IMG/VR virus record: IMGVR_UViG_2563366942_000019 | Source: a virus | Taxonomy: Duplodnaviria; Heunggongvirae; Uroviricota; Caudoviricetes | Reading direction: 5' to 3' (one strand) | DNA: 18,919 nt | Shown: in pieces, positions 1-8,302 of the stretch | Position numbering within the stretch: the first letter of the stretch is position 1 | Layout of the letters: every line of letters starts with the position of its first letter | Position numbers and translations under genes: made by a program | Notes under the pieces: generated by a model | Seen by the model: the letters and a program-made list of their open reading frames with translations, nothing else | Database searches by the model: none | What the model was told of the DNA's origin: nothing

Positions 1-471
1 GTGTTATTGGCATTTAGTCAGTTAACGAAGCCGATTGATCATTTGTATCGGGAATTGCAATTTGCACTGCGTGAAGCGGTAGGTACGCGTACGCTGGATG
101 AGTTGCTGGAAGATAAACAAGTCATTGATGACGTTGTCAGCGAACAGGTGAAATCGCGTATGTTGCCATTTGGTATGGAGATTGCTTCATTAGGGGTGAA
201 AGATATCGTCCTGCCTGGCGATATGAAAAATATCCTTGCGCAGCTGGTTGAGGCGGAGAAATCCGCGCAGGCCAATGTGATTCGTCGACGTGAAGAAACG
301 GCAGCGACGCGTTCGTTACTCAATACCGCTAAAGTCATGGAAAACAACCCGGTGGCGTTACGCTTAAAAGAACTGGAAACGCTGGAGAGAGTGGCTGAGC
401 GGATCGATAACATCTCTGTATTTGGTGGTCTGGATCAGGTTCTGCACGGGTTAGTGAATATCAAAGGATGA
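1..471 (+). CDS. SPFH/band-7 (stomatin/prohibitin-like) domain protein, C-terminal part; 5' end lies outside the window
   Basis: ORF runs to the window edge. The translation has the alpha-helical, Glu/Ala/Arg-rich C-terminal region typical of SPFH proteins (EAEKSAQANVIRRREETAATRSLLNTAKV...ALRLKELETLERVAERI). Its stop overlaps the next start (ATGA at 468-471). Confidence 0.6.
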   Translation: MLLAFSQLTKPIDHLYRELQFALREAVGTRTLDELLEDKQVIDDVVSEQVKSRMLPFGMEIASLGVKDIVLPGDMKNILAQLVEAEKSAQANVIRRREETAATRSLLNTAKVMENNPVALRLKELETLERVAERIDNISVFGGLDQVLHGLVNIKG

Positions 472-1268
472 GTCAAATGCCATTAAATGGAGTCAGTGCT
501 GCGATGCGCGAACGGGTATCGCAGCAGTTAAAAGAAATAGAACGTCGCTATGGCGTGAAAGTGCTGTACGCCTGCGAATCAGGCAGCCGCGGCTGGGGAT
601 TTGCCTCGCCCGATAGCGACTACGATGTACGGTTTTTGTATGTCCATCCGCTGGAATGGTATCTGCGTGTAGAGTCACCGCGCGATGTTATCGAGCTGCC
701 CATCGACGACGAATTAGATGTTTCCGGTTGGGAGTGGCGTAAGGCGCTGGGATTATTGAAAGGCGCGAATCCGACGCTGATAGAATGGCTGGATTCTCCG
801 GTGGTCTATCAACAAGATGAAGAAACGATAACGGCGCTTAAGGCAATGGTCCCAATGTGGTTTTCTTCGTTGCGTGCACGCTGGCATTACTATTCGATGG
901 CGCAGAAAAACTTCCGCGGCTATTTGCAGGGCGATGAAGTTCGACTGAAAAAATACTTTTACGTGCTGCGCCCGCTGCTGGCCGTGCGCTGGGTCGAAGC
1001 GGGTAAAGGCGTGCCGCCAATGCGCTTTGCTGAGTTACTGGCAGGAAGCGAGCTTGATGCGCCGTTACGCGAAGAGATTGACGAACTGCTGGAGCGTAAA
1101 CAGCGAGCGGGGGAGGCGGAATATGGTCCGCGCCGTCCTTTGTTACATGCGTTTATTCGCGCGGAGCTGGCGCGTGGGGAAATTCCACCGATTTTACCGG
1201 ACAGTCGAGATGGAGATGTTCGGGAGCTAGATAATTTGCTGTATCAAACGGTAATGCGCCGGGCATAA
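468..1268 (+). CDS. Predicted Pol-beta-superfamily nucleotidyltransferase (minimal NTase fold with C-terminal helical domain)
   Basis: 266 aa ORF. N-terminal motif ESGSRGWGFASPDSDYDVRF matches the G[SG]...[DE]h[DE]h signature of Pol-beta-type nucleotidyltransferases. ATGA overlap with the upstream SPFH gene indicates one operon. Substrate is unknown. Confidence 0.5.
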   Translation: MSQMPLNGVSAAMRERVSQQLKEIERRYGVKVLYACESGSRGWGFASPDSDYDVRFLYVHPLEWYLRVESPRDVIELPIDDELDVSGWEWRKALGLLKGANPTLIEWLDSPVVYQQDEETITALKAMVPMWFSSLRARWHYYSMAQKNFRGYLQGDEVRLKKYFYVLRPLLAVRWVEAGKGVPPMRFAELLAGSELDAPLREEIDELLERKQRAGEAEYGPRRPLLHAFIRAELARGEIPPILPDSRDGDVRELDNLLYQTVMRRA

Positions 1269-1285
1269 AGCCCGGCGTGATTTAT
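1254..1285 (+). terminator. Stem-loop overlapping the nucleotidyltransferase stop codon, between two convergent genes; possible terminator
   Basis: cgccgggc-ataaa-gcccggcg inverted repeat followed by tgatttatt on the plus strand. The U-tract is only moderate. Confidence 0.3.
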
Positions 1286-1737
1286 TGCTGGTATTGCCAA
1301 CTGCTGACTAAAGCGTACAAGTGATTTGGAGAATAGCGCCAGCTTTCCTTCAGTTGCAGAAATTCAGCACAAAATTCACTGCAAAACAGGCGATCGCGCT
1401 GTTCTTTATTACCGATAATAATTCCTAATGCTCCGCGCCAGTCATATTTTTTGCCATCATGTTTACGGAAAAAAGTTTCCACATCCTGAAGGCTGGCCTG
1501 GAGCGGCAGCATATCCCACTTATCCGCTGGCAATGGCATTATTTTTCCGCGTACACCGCGATCGCGCAGTGATGCGGAGTAACAAAGGTAACTCTTTTCA
1601 CCATGCTTAATGGCTAATTCACAGTGGGAATAATGACCACGTGTGATTTTACGGGTAAGCCAGTCAGCCAGTCGGGCAATACCACGGTGCTCTGTTCGGC
1701 CCTTATAACAAGCGAGCCAGACAGTGGTTTTACTCAT
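1282..1737 (-). CDS. Hypothetical protein, last gene of the tail operon; weak resemblance to permuted papain-like (YaeF/YiiX, NlpC/P60-superfamily) hydrolases
   Basis: 151 aa ORF whose ATG overlaps the stop of the fibre chaperone gene (ATGA at 1734-1737). Contains His-containing motif GHYSHCELAIKHG and, C-terminal to it, CSEFCAEF, reminiscent of the His-then-Cys order and CSE motif of permuted NlpC/P60 enzymes. Assignment is from memory of motifs only. Confidence 0.45.
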   Translation of the reverse strand: MSKTTVWLACYKGRTEHRGIARLADWLTRKITRGHYSHCELAIKHGEKSYLCYSASLRDRGVRGKIMPLPADKWDMLPLQASLQDVETFFRKHDGKKYDWRGALGIIIGNKEQRDRLFCSEFCAEFLQLKESWRYSPNHLYALVSSWQYQQ

Positions 1738-2441
1738 GGTTGCCAGCCTGTTGAATAATCGTAGTCGAGCACCGCCTGAATATCGTCCAGTGCTTCCACC
1801 GCCGCGATATGGTGCTGGGCGTTTGCGAACAAGCGCATATCGTGATCCATGGTGACCGATTCAAACTGGGCAGCGATTTCGTTGGTTAACTCAATCAGAC
1901 CATTATTTTTAGTTTTCCACATTAACCCTGGCGGAATTTTTTTCTCCGCTCCCATTTTTGTGAGTGAAAGCTGTTGGATACGGCTATTTGTATCACTGTG
2001 GAAGTGATGGTTGTTGATGATGATGTAATCGGTTGTGATGGCATCGCGTTGATTTTTGATTGCAGAGTATTTCGCCTCTTTAGCATCGGTTATAGATGGT
2101 TGCCATTTTTCACCATCCCAACGTTCAAAAGAACCTGTCGGGGAAATGACTGTTACATTTTCAGGTAATTGGCCCAATTCTTGAATAATAAGCTGGCTAC
2201 CATCAACTTTGTTATAAACAGTTTGGCCTCGATGATCTTCAATAAGTCTCCATGTTTCATTCTCCCACACTGGAGTAAAACCAGGAACCTTTTCGGGAGG
2301 TGAAATTAATGTGCAATAATTTGGCAAGCCTGTATTAGGTGCAATGTATGCATCAGACTCACCGATATATTCTTGGGAGTCTTGTGAAAAATTATATACA
2401 GTTAGTATTTGAGCTTCATCGGAAAAGGTAAAAGTATTCAT
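1734..2441 (-). CDS. Tail fibre assembly chaperone (Tfa-like)
   Basis: 235 aa ORF immediately downstream of the tail fibre gene and coupled to it by an ATGA overlap (2438-2441). N-terminal region has Tfa-like features (aromatic then Gly/Pro-rich, ...[11 protein letters not shown]...). Position matches Mu U / P2 G. Confidence 0.6.
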   Translation of the reverse strand: MNTFTFSDEAQILTVYNFSQDSQEYIGESDAYIAPNTGLPNYCTLISPPEKVPGFTPVWENETWRLIEDHRGQTVYNKVDGSQLIIQELGQLPENVTVISPTGSFERWDGEKWQPSITDAKEAKYSAIKNQRDAITTDYIIINNHHFHSDTNSRIQQLSLTKMGAEKKIPPGLMWKTKNNGLIELTNEIAAQFESVTMDHDMRLFANAQHHIAAVEALDDIQAVLDYDYSTGWQP

Positions 2442-4078
2442 GCTAGCCTCACAATATAGTTGAATGCGATATTTTTGACGGTGTTTTCGGTGTTGCCGGT
2501 ATTATTAATGGTTAGGGAGTGATTATGGGAACCAAGGGCAATTGAATGCGAATGGGTGCCAATTGAAAGTTCATGTGTATGGCTACCCAATGCGATAGTA
2601 TGTGCATGGGTACCAATGGCTGTAGTATGAGAGTGATCACCTACAGTATCGGTATTAACGTAGTCATAACGAGAGTCACCTATAGAATCAGCGGTTAGTG
2701 CATTGCCACCGTAATCAGCATCACCTTTACATGTTATTTGATGTGAATGGCCCCCTGTGCTGGTCGACGATTTACTTCCGTGATTGAACGACGATGTTGT
2801 CTTAGAACCAAGATCAGAGGCAGATGTCGTTTTGTGTCCAAAATCAAAAGATGATGTTGCCTTTGTCCCTAAATCAGTACTCGAAATACTGCCCGTATGG
2901 TTATGTGATTTAATTCCATCCAGTTCAGTAGATAATATAGCTCGCCCACTGGATGGTTTTCCTTTAATTATCCATCCGCGCATGTCAGGAATAACACCAG
3001 ATGGATATGCAATTCCCAGTTTGGGATAGGAGGCTTTATTAAATGTCTGACCTGTCATCAGAGCGTAGCCTGAAGGTATAGAATCAGATGGCCAAGGAAT
3101 AGGCATCCCTACAGGACAGCTTTCCGCAGCAATAGCCTTATCCATCGCTGCCTTAACAGCGTTCGGCGTTGCAGCTTCCGTCGTACTGGTGCTGTTGGTC
3201 GCATTATTAAGTTTCACGACCCCTTTTTGCGTCAGCGTACCGTCGGGGATACCTGTTATTTGCCCCCAGGCATGGGTATGGCTGGACGGTGCCGCAGCAA
3301 TAGCCTTATCCATCGCTGCCTTAACCGCACTTGGTGTTGCAGCTTCCGTCGTACTGGTGCTATTTGTTGTATTGTTAAGCTTAACGACTCCTTTCTGCGT
3401 CAGTGTACCATCAGGGATACCAGTAATCTGATTCCAGGCATGATTATGACTGGTGGCAGCTTTGCTATTTGCCAGGTCATATGCCGTTTTTACCGCTTTT
3501 GGCGTGGCCGCTTTGGTTTCATCATCGCTATTAGTCGCATTACTCAGCTGCGTAAAACCTTTTTGTGTCAGCGTCGCATCAGGATGATTTCGTGATTGCT
3601 GATGTGTTTTCAACGCGTCATCGACATATTCCCTGGTTGCCACAACGACTGAAGGGTCGATCAAAAGCGTCACCGCATCTGCATTGGTGACTTCCATGAC
3701 CGCGCGTATAACGATTTGCTTACTGGCCCCCGCAGGTAATCGTGGCTTATAGGTTTCCGGGAATTTACCAATAGCGACCAGCGTGCCGTCGGTATCCAGT
3801 AACCCAACTTCGCGTACATACCAGCCTCCGACTTGTTCGGGAATAATCGCTTCTGCGATAACCCAGGCCGGATTATCTGGCGCAATTTTTAATGTATTGA
3901 GCTGACCACGCCAGACCTCATGGACTACTTTGGTCTGACTTTCTGTCGGTTCGATATATTTACCATTACCGTCGCCAACTACCATAGTTTGCAGACGGAT
4001 CTGTTTTTGCTCGGCCAGTGCTGAGGCAATTTTGGCTTTGCCTGCAGCAGTTAATATTGTAAAAAATTCACTTGCCAT
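2438..4078 (-). CDS. Tail fibre protein (Mu S / P2 H-like) with internal 56-aa repeats and His-x-His C-terminal tip
   Basis: Start chosen at the internal ATG (4078-4076) giving [39 protein letters not shown], the conserved N-terminus of Mu/P2-type fibres. The track ORF extends to 4201 but would overlap the upstream gene by about 120 nt. Contains tandem fibre-repeat units ([32 protein letters not shown]) and a C-terminal HxH repeat array. Confidence 0.85.
   Translation of the reverse strand: MASEFFTILTAAGKAKIASALAEQKQIRLQTMVVGDGNGKYIEPTESQTKVVHEVWRGQLNTLKIAPDNPAWVIAEAIIPEQVGGWYVREVGLLDTDGTLVAIGKFPETYKPRLPAGASKQIVIRAVMEVTNADAVTLLIDPSVVVATREYVDDALKTHQQSRNHPDATLTQKGFTQLSNATNSDDETKAATPKAVKTAYDLANSKAATSHNHAWNQITGIPDGTLTQKGVVKLNNTTNSTSTTEAATPSAVKAAMDKAIAAAPSSHTHAWGQITGIPDGTLTQKGVVKLNNATNSTSTTEAATPNAVKAAMDKAIAAESCPVGMPIPWPSDSIPSGYALMTGQTFNKASYPKLGIAYPSGVIPDMRGWIIKGKPSSGRAILSTELDGIKSHNHTGSISSTDLGTKATSSFDFGHKTTSASDLGSKTTSSFNHGSKSSTSTGGHSHQITCKGDADYGGNALTADSIGDSRYDYVNTDTVGDHSHTTAIGTHAHTIALGSHTHELSIGTHSHSIALGSHNHSLTINNTGNTENTVKNIAFNYIVRLA
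2500..2650. repeat. Short-period coding repeat encoding five His-x-His units at the fibre C-terminus
   Basis: Translation [44 protein letters not shown], with matching nucleotide periodicity around 2520-2640. Confidence 0.6.
3128..3600. repeat. About 2.5 tandem copies of a 168-nt unit inside the tail fibre gene
   Basis: aatagccttatccatcgctgccttaac... recurs at 3131 and 3299 (period 168 nt = 56 codons), with a third degenerate partial copy near 3464-3600. The copies encode the repeated fibre motif. Confidence 0.7.
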
Positions 4079-4080
4079 TA

Positions 4081-4812
4081 TTACTCCGGATATACAGACA
4101 TAATTTCGGTGCTCCAGTATCCTGTGCCGACCTTCATCGGTTGGGATTGTGTTAGTCGATCGGGTTGATAAGGTAGTAGTTGAATATATTCCTCCACACA
4201 ATAACCTGTCGCTAAAAATATTCCAGATGACTGGCTGAGGCTTTCTGCAACAGGAGGCAATACTGTAATGACTTCCCCTCCTTGCATGGCACTGCCAATA
4301 ACTGGTATTGGGCTTCGATTAATAAGCCAAATAACAATGCTTTCCAGCTTTGATCGGACATTTTTATATTCATGAATTAATGTGATAAGTGCATTGAATT
4401 CATCTTCATTTAATCCTTTTTCCTCTAGTGTAATATCAACCTTAAAAAAGTAAGCCTTTCCCCCATATTCAAACCATTCTGAAATAGTTCCTGGTAGCGA
4501 AAGTATTTCCAGTACCCGCCGTACCGCCCAAATCGTTCCTTTATATTTATGCAGCTCAATGGCTTGCTTAATTAACTCGCGCTTCTCCCGCTCATCGGTG
4601 GTAAATAACCAACCTTCCAGCCCCTGAACGTGAAATTGTTCTGCAAGGGCTGGTAATGCCGAAGCATCAACCAGGTCGACCAGATAAACCATCAACGCCG
4701 TCAGATCGAGTTGGGCAAAACGCTCGGCGGCGATGTTTGCCAGAATCGAAAAACGCTCATCGCTGGCAAGCGGCGGCGGTGGCAGCAATTTATCCATCGC
4801 TGACTCCGGCAA
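4081..4812 (-). CDS. Baseplate protein, P2 gpI / Mu gp48-like
   Basis: 243 aa; N-terminal [24 protein letters not shown] matches the LLPP..S...R signature of gpI-family tail proteins. Lies between the gpJ-like and fibre genes as in Mu/P2. Start may instead be at Met6; either way it overlaps the gpJ-like stop. Confidence 0.75.
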   Translation of the reverse strand: MPESAMDKLLPPPPLASDERFSILANIAAERFAQLDLTALMVYLVDLVDASALPALAEQFHVQGLEGWLFTTDEREKRELIKQAIELHKYKGTIWAVRRVLEILSLPGTISEWFEYGGKAYFFKVDITLEEKGLNEDEFNALITLIHEYKNVRSKLESIVIWLINRSPIPVIGSAMQGGEVITVLPPVAESLSQSSGIFLATGYCVEEYIQLLPYQPDRLTQSQPMKVGTGYWSTEIMSVYPE

Positions 4813-5905
4813 TCGTGACGTCTATTGCGGTGCATTCCGCCCACTCATGCGCCTGCAAAATACGTTTTGTAGGCATATTCAGCGCAACGTCATAGACGCC
4901 ATCGACCTGTAACACTTTGATTATCTGGTTTGGTACAATGTCCTGCCCCAGATGTTTCTGCCGCTGTTGCGTCCAGAGGCTAATCGCTTTACGCGCCGCA
5001 GCCAGCGTTGTCTCCTGATCGGCGGTGGTAAACAGCGTTAGCTGCGCACGGATCTCATACGGCACTCGAAGAGCGCATTTCGCACTCACTTTGTCGGTCA
5101 GCGGTCGTTTTTTCTCCTTGCTGACTTCTTGTTCAATCTGCGCCAGCAACTCCGTGCCGGGTAGACCATTCAGGGTTAGCGGGTAGATCTCCACGCAGCC
5201 TTCTGGCAATCCCTCGTCCGGCCCCAGTACTGCAACGTCAATAATCGACTGGCTAACAGAAAGCGTATGAAAGCGGTATGCGCCATAGCTGCCCGCATTA
5301 CTAAAGCTTTCTGGTGCCAGTTGGATACGCTGGCGCAATGCGTCATCGCTCTCTTCACCGCAGCCGCCCGTTGACGCAGTCAGGTTGGTTACGTTGATGT
5401 CATAATGACCAATCCTGTCGACCAGTGCGCTAATTTGTGCAGGCTGCCAGCCGTTGCCCTGTTCACCTGCTGCGAGGCTGGTGGCAGGAACGGCGATATG
5501 CAAACTCCTGGCCGGAAGCAGAACATCTTCATCGGTGGCGAACATCACGCTATCAGAGGCACTGGCCCGCGTCCCCTGGGGAATCAGGATATTGCTGGTA
5601 TACGCACTGACGACCGAAAACTGCAACGTCGTTTTTGCCGGTTGTGCAGGCAAACGGTGAACGCCCACCAGCTCCCCTAAATAATCCAGCATTGGCGCGC
5701 GGGAATACGCGACCAGGTTCTGTTTCGCCGCTTCCTGAATGGCGATGCGTACAAGGTTTTCACGATAGGCAAACAGGTCGATGAGCAACCGCTCAGCCTG
5801 TGCCGGATAGAGTTTTTTACCGCTGGCATCTTCATATTGCGCAATCATCTCACTGGTAATTTGCGCAGGATCGCGGTCAATAAAATTGGGTTCGGCTATC
5901 GCCAT
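4790..5905 (-). CDS. Baseplate wedge protein, P2 gpJ / Mu gp47 / T4 gp6-like
   Basis: 371 aa; size, position downstream of the gpW-like gene and overlap with neighbours are typical of baseplate J proteins. Confidence 0.75.
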   Translation of the reverse strand: MAIAEPNFIDRDPAQITSEMIAQYEDASGKKLYPAQAERLLIDLFAYRENLVRIAIQEAAKQNLVAYSRAPMLDYLGELVGVHRLPAQPAKTTLQFSVVSAYTSNILIPQGTRASASDSVMFATDEDVLLPARSLHIAVPATSLAAGEQGNGWQPAQISALVDRIGHYDINVTNLTASTGGCGEESDDALRQRIQLAPESFSNAGSYGAYRFHTLSVSQSIIDVAVLGPDEGLPEGCVEIYPLTLNGLPGTELLAQIEQEVSKEKKRPLTDKVSAKCALRVPYEIRAQLTLFTTADQETTLAAARKAISLWTQQRQKHLGQDIVPNQIIKVLQVDGVYDVALNMPTKRILQAHEWAECTAIDVTIAGVSDG

Positions 5906-6255
5906 AACACCTCCGTTGAGTTGATAACGCCGTCAGCGGCGCGCCATTGCACACGTAACGTCAGATGTTCACCGTCGATTACTGGTGTCACCTTCAGCAA
6001 CCGACAGCGCGGTTCCCACTGGCGGATGGCTTCCACCGACTCCCGTACCACATGCGGGATTGCCCGCTCGATGGGGTAATCGATGTAGTGCCACAAGTTG
6101 CTGCCAAACAGCGGTCTGTGAGGATCACTGCCGCGCGGTGTGCGCAGAATGATGTGTATCGCCTGGTGAATATCATCCAGCCCGCAGACGTATTCTTCAG
6201 GCCGCTGCAAGGCCGGTTGCCAGTGCAGCGTTGAGGGGCGTGTTTTTGTTTTCAT
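5896..6255 (-). CDS. Baseplate protein, P2 gpW / Mu gp46 / T4 gp25-like
   Basis: 119 aa; small gp25/gpW-sized protein immediately upstream of the gpJ-like gene with a 10-nt overlap. Confidence 0.7.
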   Translation of the reverse strand: MKTKTRPSTLHWQPALQRPEEYVCGLDDIHQAIHIILRTPRGSDPHRPLFGSNLWHYIDYPIERAIPHVVRESVEAIRQWEPRCRLLKVTPVIDGEHLTLRVQWRAADGVINSTEVLWR

Positions 6256-6316
6256 GAGGGTATTTTCGCCCTGAACGGGCTGTGGAGATATTAAAGCGAT
6301 TTAGAAAACTGATTGA

Positions 6317-6348
6317 TTAAAAAGAGAAAACCCGCCATCAGGCGGGTT
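6317..6348 (-). terminator. Rho-independent terminator-like hairpin between the spike (V-like) and W-like genes
   Basis: Minus-strand RNA would read aacccgcc-ugau-ggcggguu followed by UUCUCUUUUUAAUC, starting 6 nt after the V-like stop (6356-6354). It sits in a 98-nt gap inside an otherwise tightly packed gene string. Confidence 0.45.
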
Positions 6349-6353
6349 AAAAG

Positions 6354-7055
6354 TCAGTGTGAATGGTGGTTGGAGTTGCCACCGCTGTCCTGCAATGCGC
6401 CGCTGGCCTGAACGTTGCCGATCACGTTGACATTGCCGGTTATCGTGGCTGCGTTACCGATGCCTCCACTTCCTGCCATCCCGCCAAGCCAGGTGAGTTT
6501 TTTCATTACCGTGACGTTGCCAGTAAAGGTGCTCATGGGCGCATCTACCGTCACTGCTGCTGCTTTAACCTCGACCTTAGTGGCGTCGATGCTGACATCG
6601 GTCGCTTTAACATCGACGGTATCGGAAGTCACGGTGACCTGTTGGGCTTTAATCTCAACGTTGGGCGATGTCAGGCAGGTACCGTTGATAACCTCAATCA
6701 CGATTTTCTCGATACCGCCGTTGATCGTCAGCTGGTGCGTGCTGCGGTCATATTCAAACGCTGCGCCATCAGAAAACTGGACGTAACGTTTGTCGCGCGA
6801 GGCTACAGGCGCGGTGTCAACCGTAGAATAAACTGCGCCCAGCACCACGCCATCTTCACCGTTATTGTCCAGCAGAACTTCCACTTGCTCGCCCATATCC
6901 GGTAGCCAGTAGTCTTTATTGTCCTGGGAATTGTGTTGAAGTACCGCAAGCCAGTTGCTCTTCAGATTGTCACACTCTGGAAGCGTGACTCGCACCCGAA
7001 CGCTGGTTTCGTCAATATCGCTGATAATCCCCGTTTGACGGGTTACTCCTTTCAT
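6354..7055 (-). CDS. Baseplate central spike, P2 gpV / Mu gp45-like
   Basis: 233 aa; N-terminal OB-like region followed by a Val/Thr-rich beta-repeat stretch (VTVTSDTVDVKATDVSIDATKVEVKAAAVTVDA), a Gly-rich segment and a terminal ...NSNHHSH, consistent with a spike and its apex. Confidence 0.75.
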   Translation of the reverse strand: MKGVTRQTGIISDIDETSVRVRVTLPECDNLKSNWLAVLQHNSQDNKDYWLPDMGEQVEVLLDNNGEDGVVLGAVYSTVDTAPVASRDKRYVQFSDGAAFEYDRSTHQLTINGGIEKIVIEVINGTCLTSPNVEIKAQQVTVTSDTVDVKATDVSIDATKVEVKAAAVTVDAPMSTFTGNVTVMKKLTWLGGMAGSGGIGNAATITGNVNVIGNVQASGALQDSGGNSNHHSH

Positions 7056-7064
7056 ATTTCCTCC

Positions 7065-8105
7065 TTACTGGCTGGTCGCTGGCCCGCGTGACACGTCGAT
7101 TTCAGTGGTATAGCCGCTGCGCACAAAACTGTGAGTAGATTTATCAATCAGCCACTGACCGGAAATCACGCCAAAATCGGTCAGTTCAATTTTATTGCCC
7201 GCCGTCAGTTCCGGGCAGCCCATCATTGTGAGCGTTCCGGTTTGCTGATATTCGTTGTGGCTGTCGAGTGCAGCGTTGGCCTTTGCCTGTGCTGCGCCAA
7301 CGTCCGTCGCCCGACTGTTCAGTTTTAGCGTGTCGGCACTGGTGCCGACTCCACGGGCAAACGGTTTTTGCTGGCTGTCGTGGGTGTAGATAACCAGTTC
7401 TTTTTTCTTACTATTTTGATGCTGTACGGTGGCGTTTTTGTAGATACGGTTAATGGTATCTTTGAAGGTGAAATGCGAAACGTCTTTGCGGTCGATCTTT
7501 TTCACAGGTGCCAGGCAGCGCAGCGTGGGTAAATGTGAAAAAATCAGCTCTTTCGTCGTCACTTTTACGGCATAACCATATTCACTGGCCAGACGTTTGA
7601 GAAATCCAACATCGGTTTCGCCGTACTGTGTCACCCGGTCAATTGTCAGAGGCTCGATTTTGCCCACCAGCTTTAGGCCGTGAGTTTGTGCGATACGGCT
7701 GGCGATAGCCGAAAGCGTCGTTTCTTCAAAGCCCTGGCTGTTACGGGTGCGCAGCGCCTGATTGACGGAAGTGGCGATGCCATCAATATTTACCGTAGAA
7801 GGTGGCGCTGAAATATCAATTTTATCAATAATATACTGACCACAATCGAGCAGCTTTTCTCCCTGATACCCCATATGCAGCGCCAGCGTATCGCCTTTGC
7901 CGGGATACCACTCTTTTATCCAGCGTCCATCTGTGTCATCCAGTGTAATTGCGATGGTATCCGACTCGTTTTTGATGCTGTCGTGGTAACTGATGCTGGT
8001 GACATAGGGTGTGATGTCATAAGTGATATCTTTATGCCCATACCAGAGGGTAAAAATGGGCGTGAGTGTGGCAAAGACGCCACCAGTTACGCTTATCTCA
8101 GCCAT
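7065..8105 (-). CDS. Baseplate hub protein, P2 gpD / Mu gp44 / T4 gp27-like
   Basis: 346 aa; position between the X-like and V-like genes and size match the gpD/late-control-D family. Confidence 0.75.
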   Translation of the reverse strand: MAEISVTGGVFATLTPIFTLWYGHKDITYDITPYVTSISYHDSIKNESDTIAITLDDTDGRWIKEWYPGKGDTLALHMGYQGEKLLDCGQYIIDKIDISAPPSTVNIDGIATSVNQALRTRNSQGFEETTLSAIASRIAQTHGLKLVGKIEPLTIDRVTQYGETDVGFLKRLASEYGYAVKVTTKELIFSHLPTLRCLAPVKKIDRKDVSHFTFKDTINRIYKNATVQHQNSKKKELVIYTHDSQQKPFARGVGTSADTLKLNSRATDVGAAQAKANAALDSHNEYQQTGTLTMMGCPELTAGNKIELTDFGVISGQWLIDKSTHSFVRSGYTTEIDVSRGPATSQ

Positions 8106-8302
8106 GGTGGGATCTCCGATAAGGTTTTATTAACGGAAATGACCGGAATAATGAGCTGAATACCGGAAGGCAGTACCGGGTAAATGGCTACATGTGGATT
8201 GGCGGCGATTATGCGTTCATAAGCCAGTGCATCACCGTAGTAATGCCATGCCAGGTTATCCCAGCGTTCGCCATCGGTGGTGATATGTTCAAGGTATCGC
8301 AT
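8093..8302 (-). CDS. Tail protein X-like (LysM-like fold)
   Basis: 69 aa; GERWDNLAWHYYGDALAYERIIAANPHVAIYPVLPSGIQLIIP fits the gpX pattern G.tld.i..ryYG......e.vl.aNP.l......LP.G..v.lP. Confidence 0.7.
   Translation of the reverse strand: MRYLEHITTDGERWDNLAWHYYGDALAYERIIAANPHVAIYPVLPSGIQLIIPVISVNKTLSEIPPWLR

Noticed and set aside
1282-2441. Invertible fibre-tip segment with a serine invertase (Mu G-segment / P1 C-segment type)
   Set aside because: No recombinase gene and no inverted alternative fibre C-terminus or Tfa on the opposite strand; the ORF downstream of Tfa is not invertase-like.
3189-3595. Plus-strand ORFs of 80 and 122 aa inside the tail fibre gene
   Set aside because: They arise from the 168-nt tandem repeat read on the opposite strand; the fibre frame carries the conserved repeats.
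4079-4201. N-terminal 41-codon extension of the tail fibre ORF ([11 protein letters not shown]...)
   Set aside because: It would overlap the gpI-like gene by about 120 nt and has non-protein-like composition. The internal ATG at 4078 gives the conserved fibre N-terminus directly after the gpI-like stop.
6363-6905. Plus-strand ORFs of 123-180 aa overlapping the spike gene (6363-6905 and 6415-6786)
   Set aside because: Antisense shadow ORFs inside a well-supported minus-strand structural gene; low-complexity translations and no RBS or start context.
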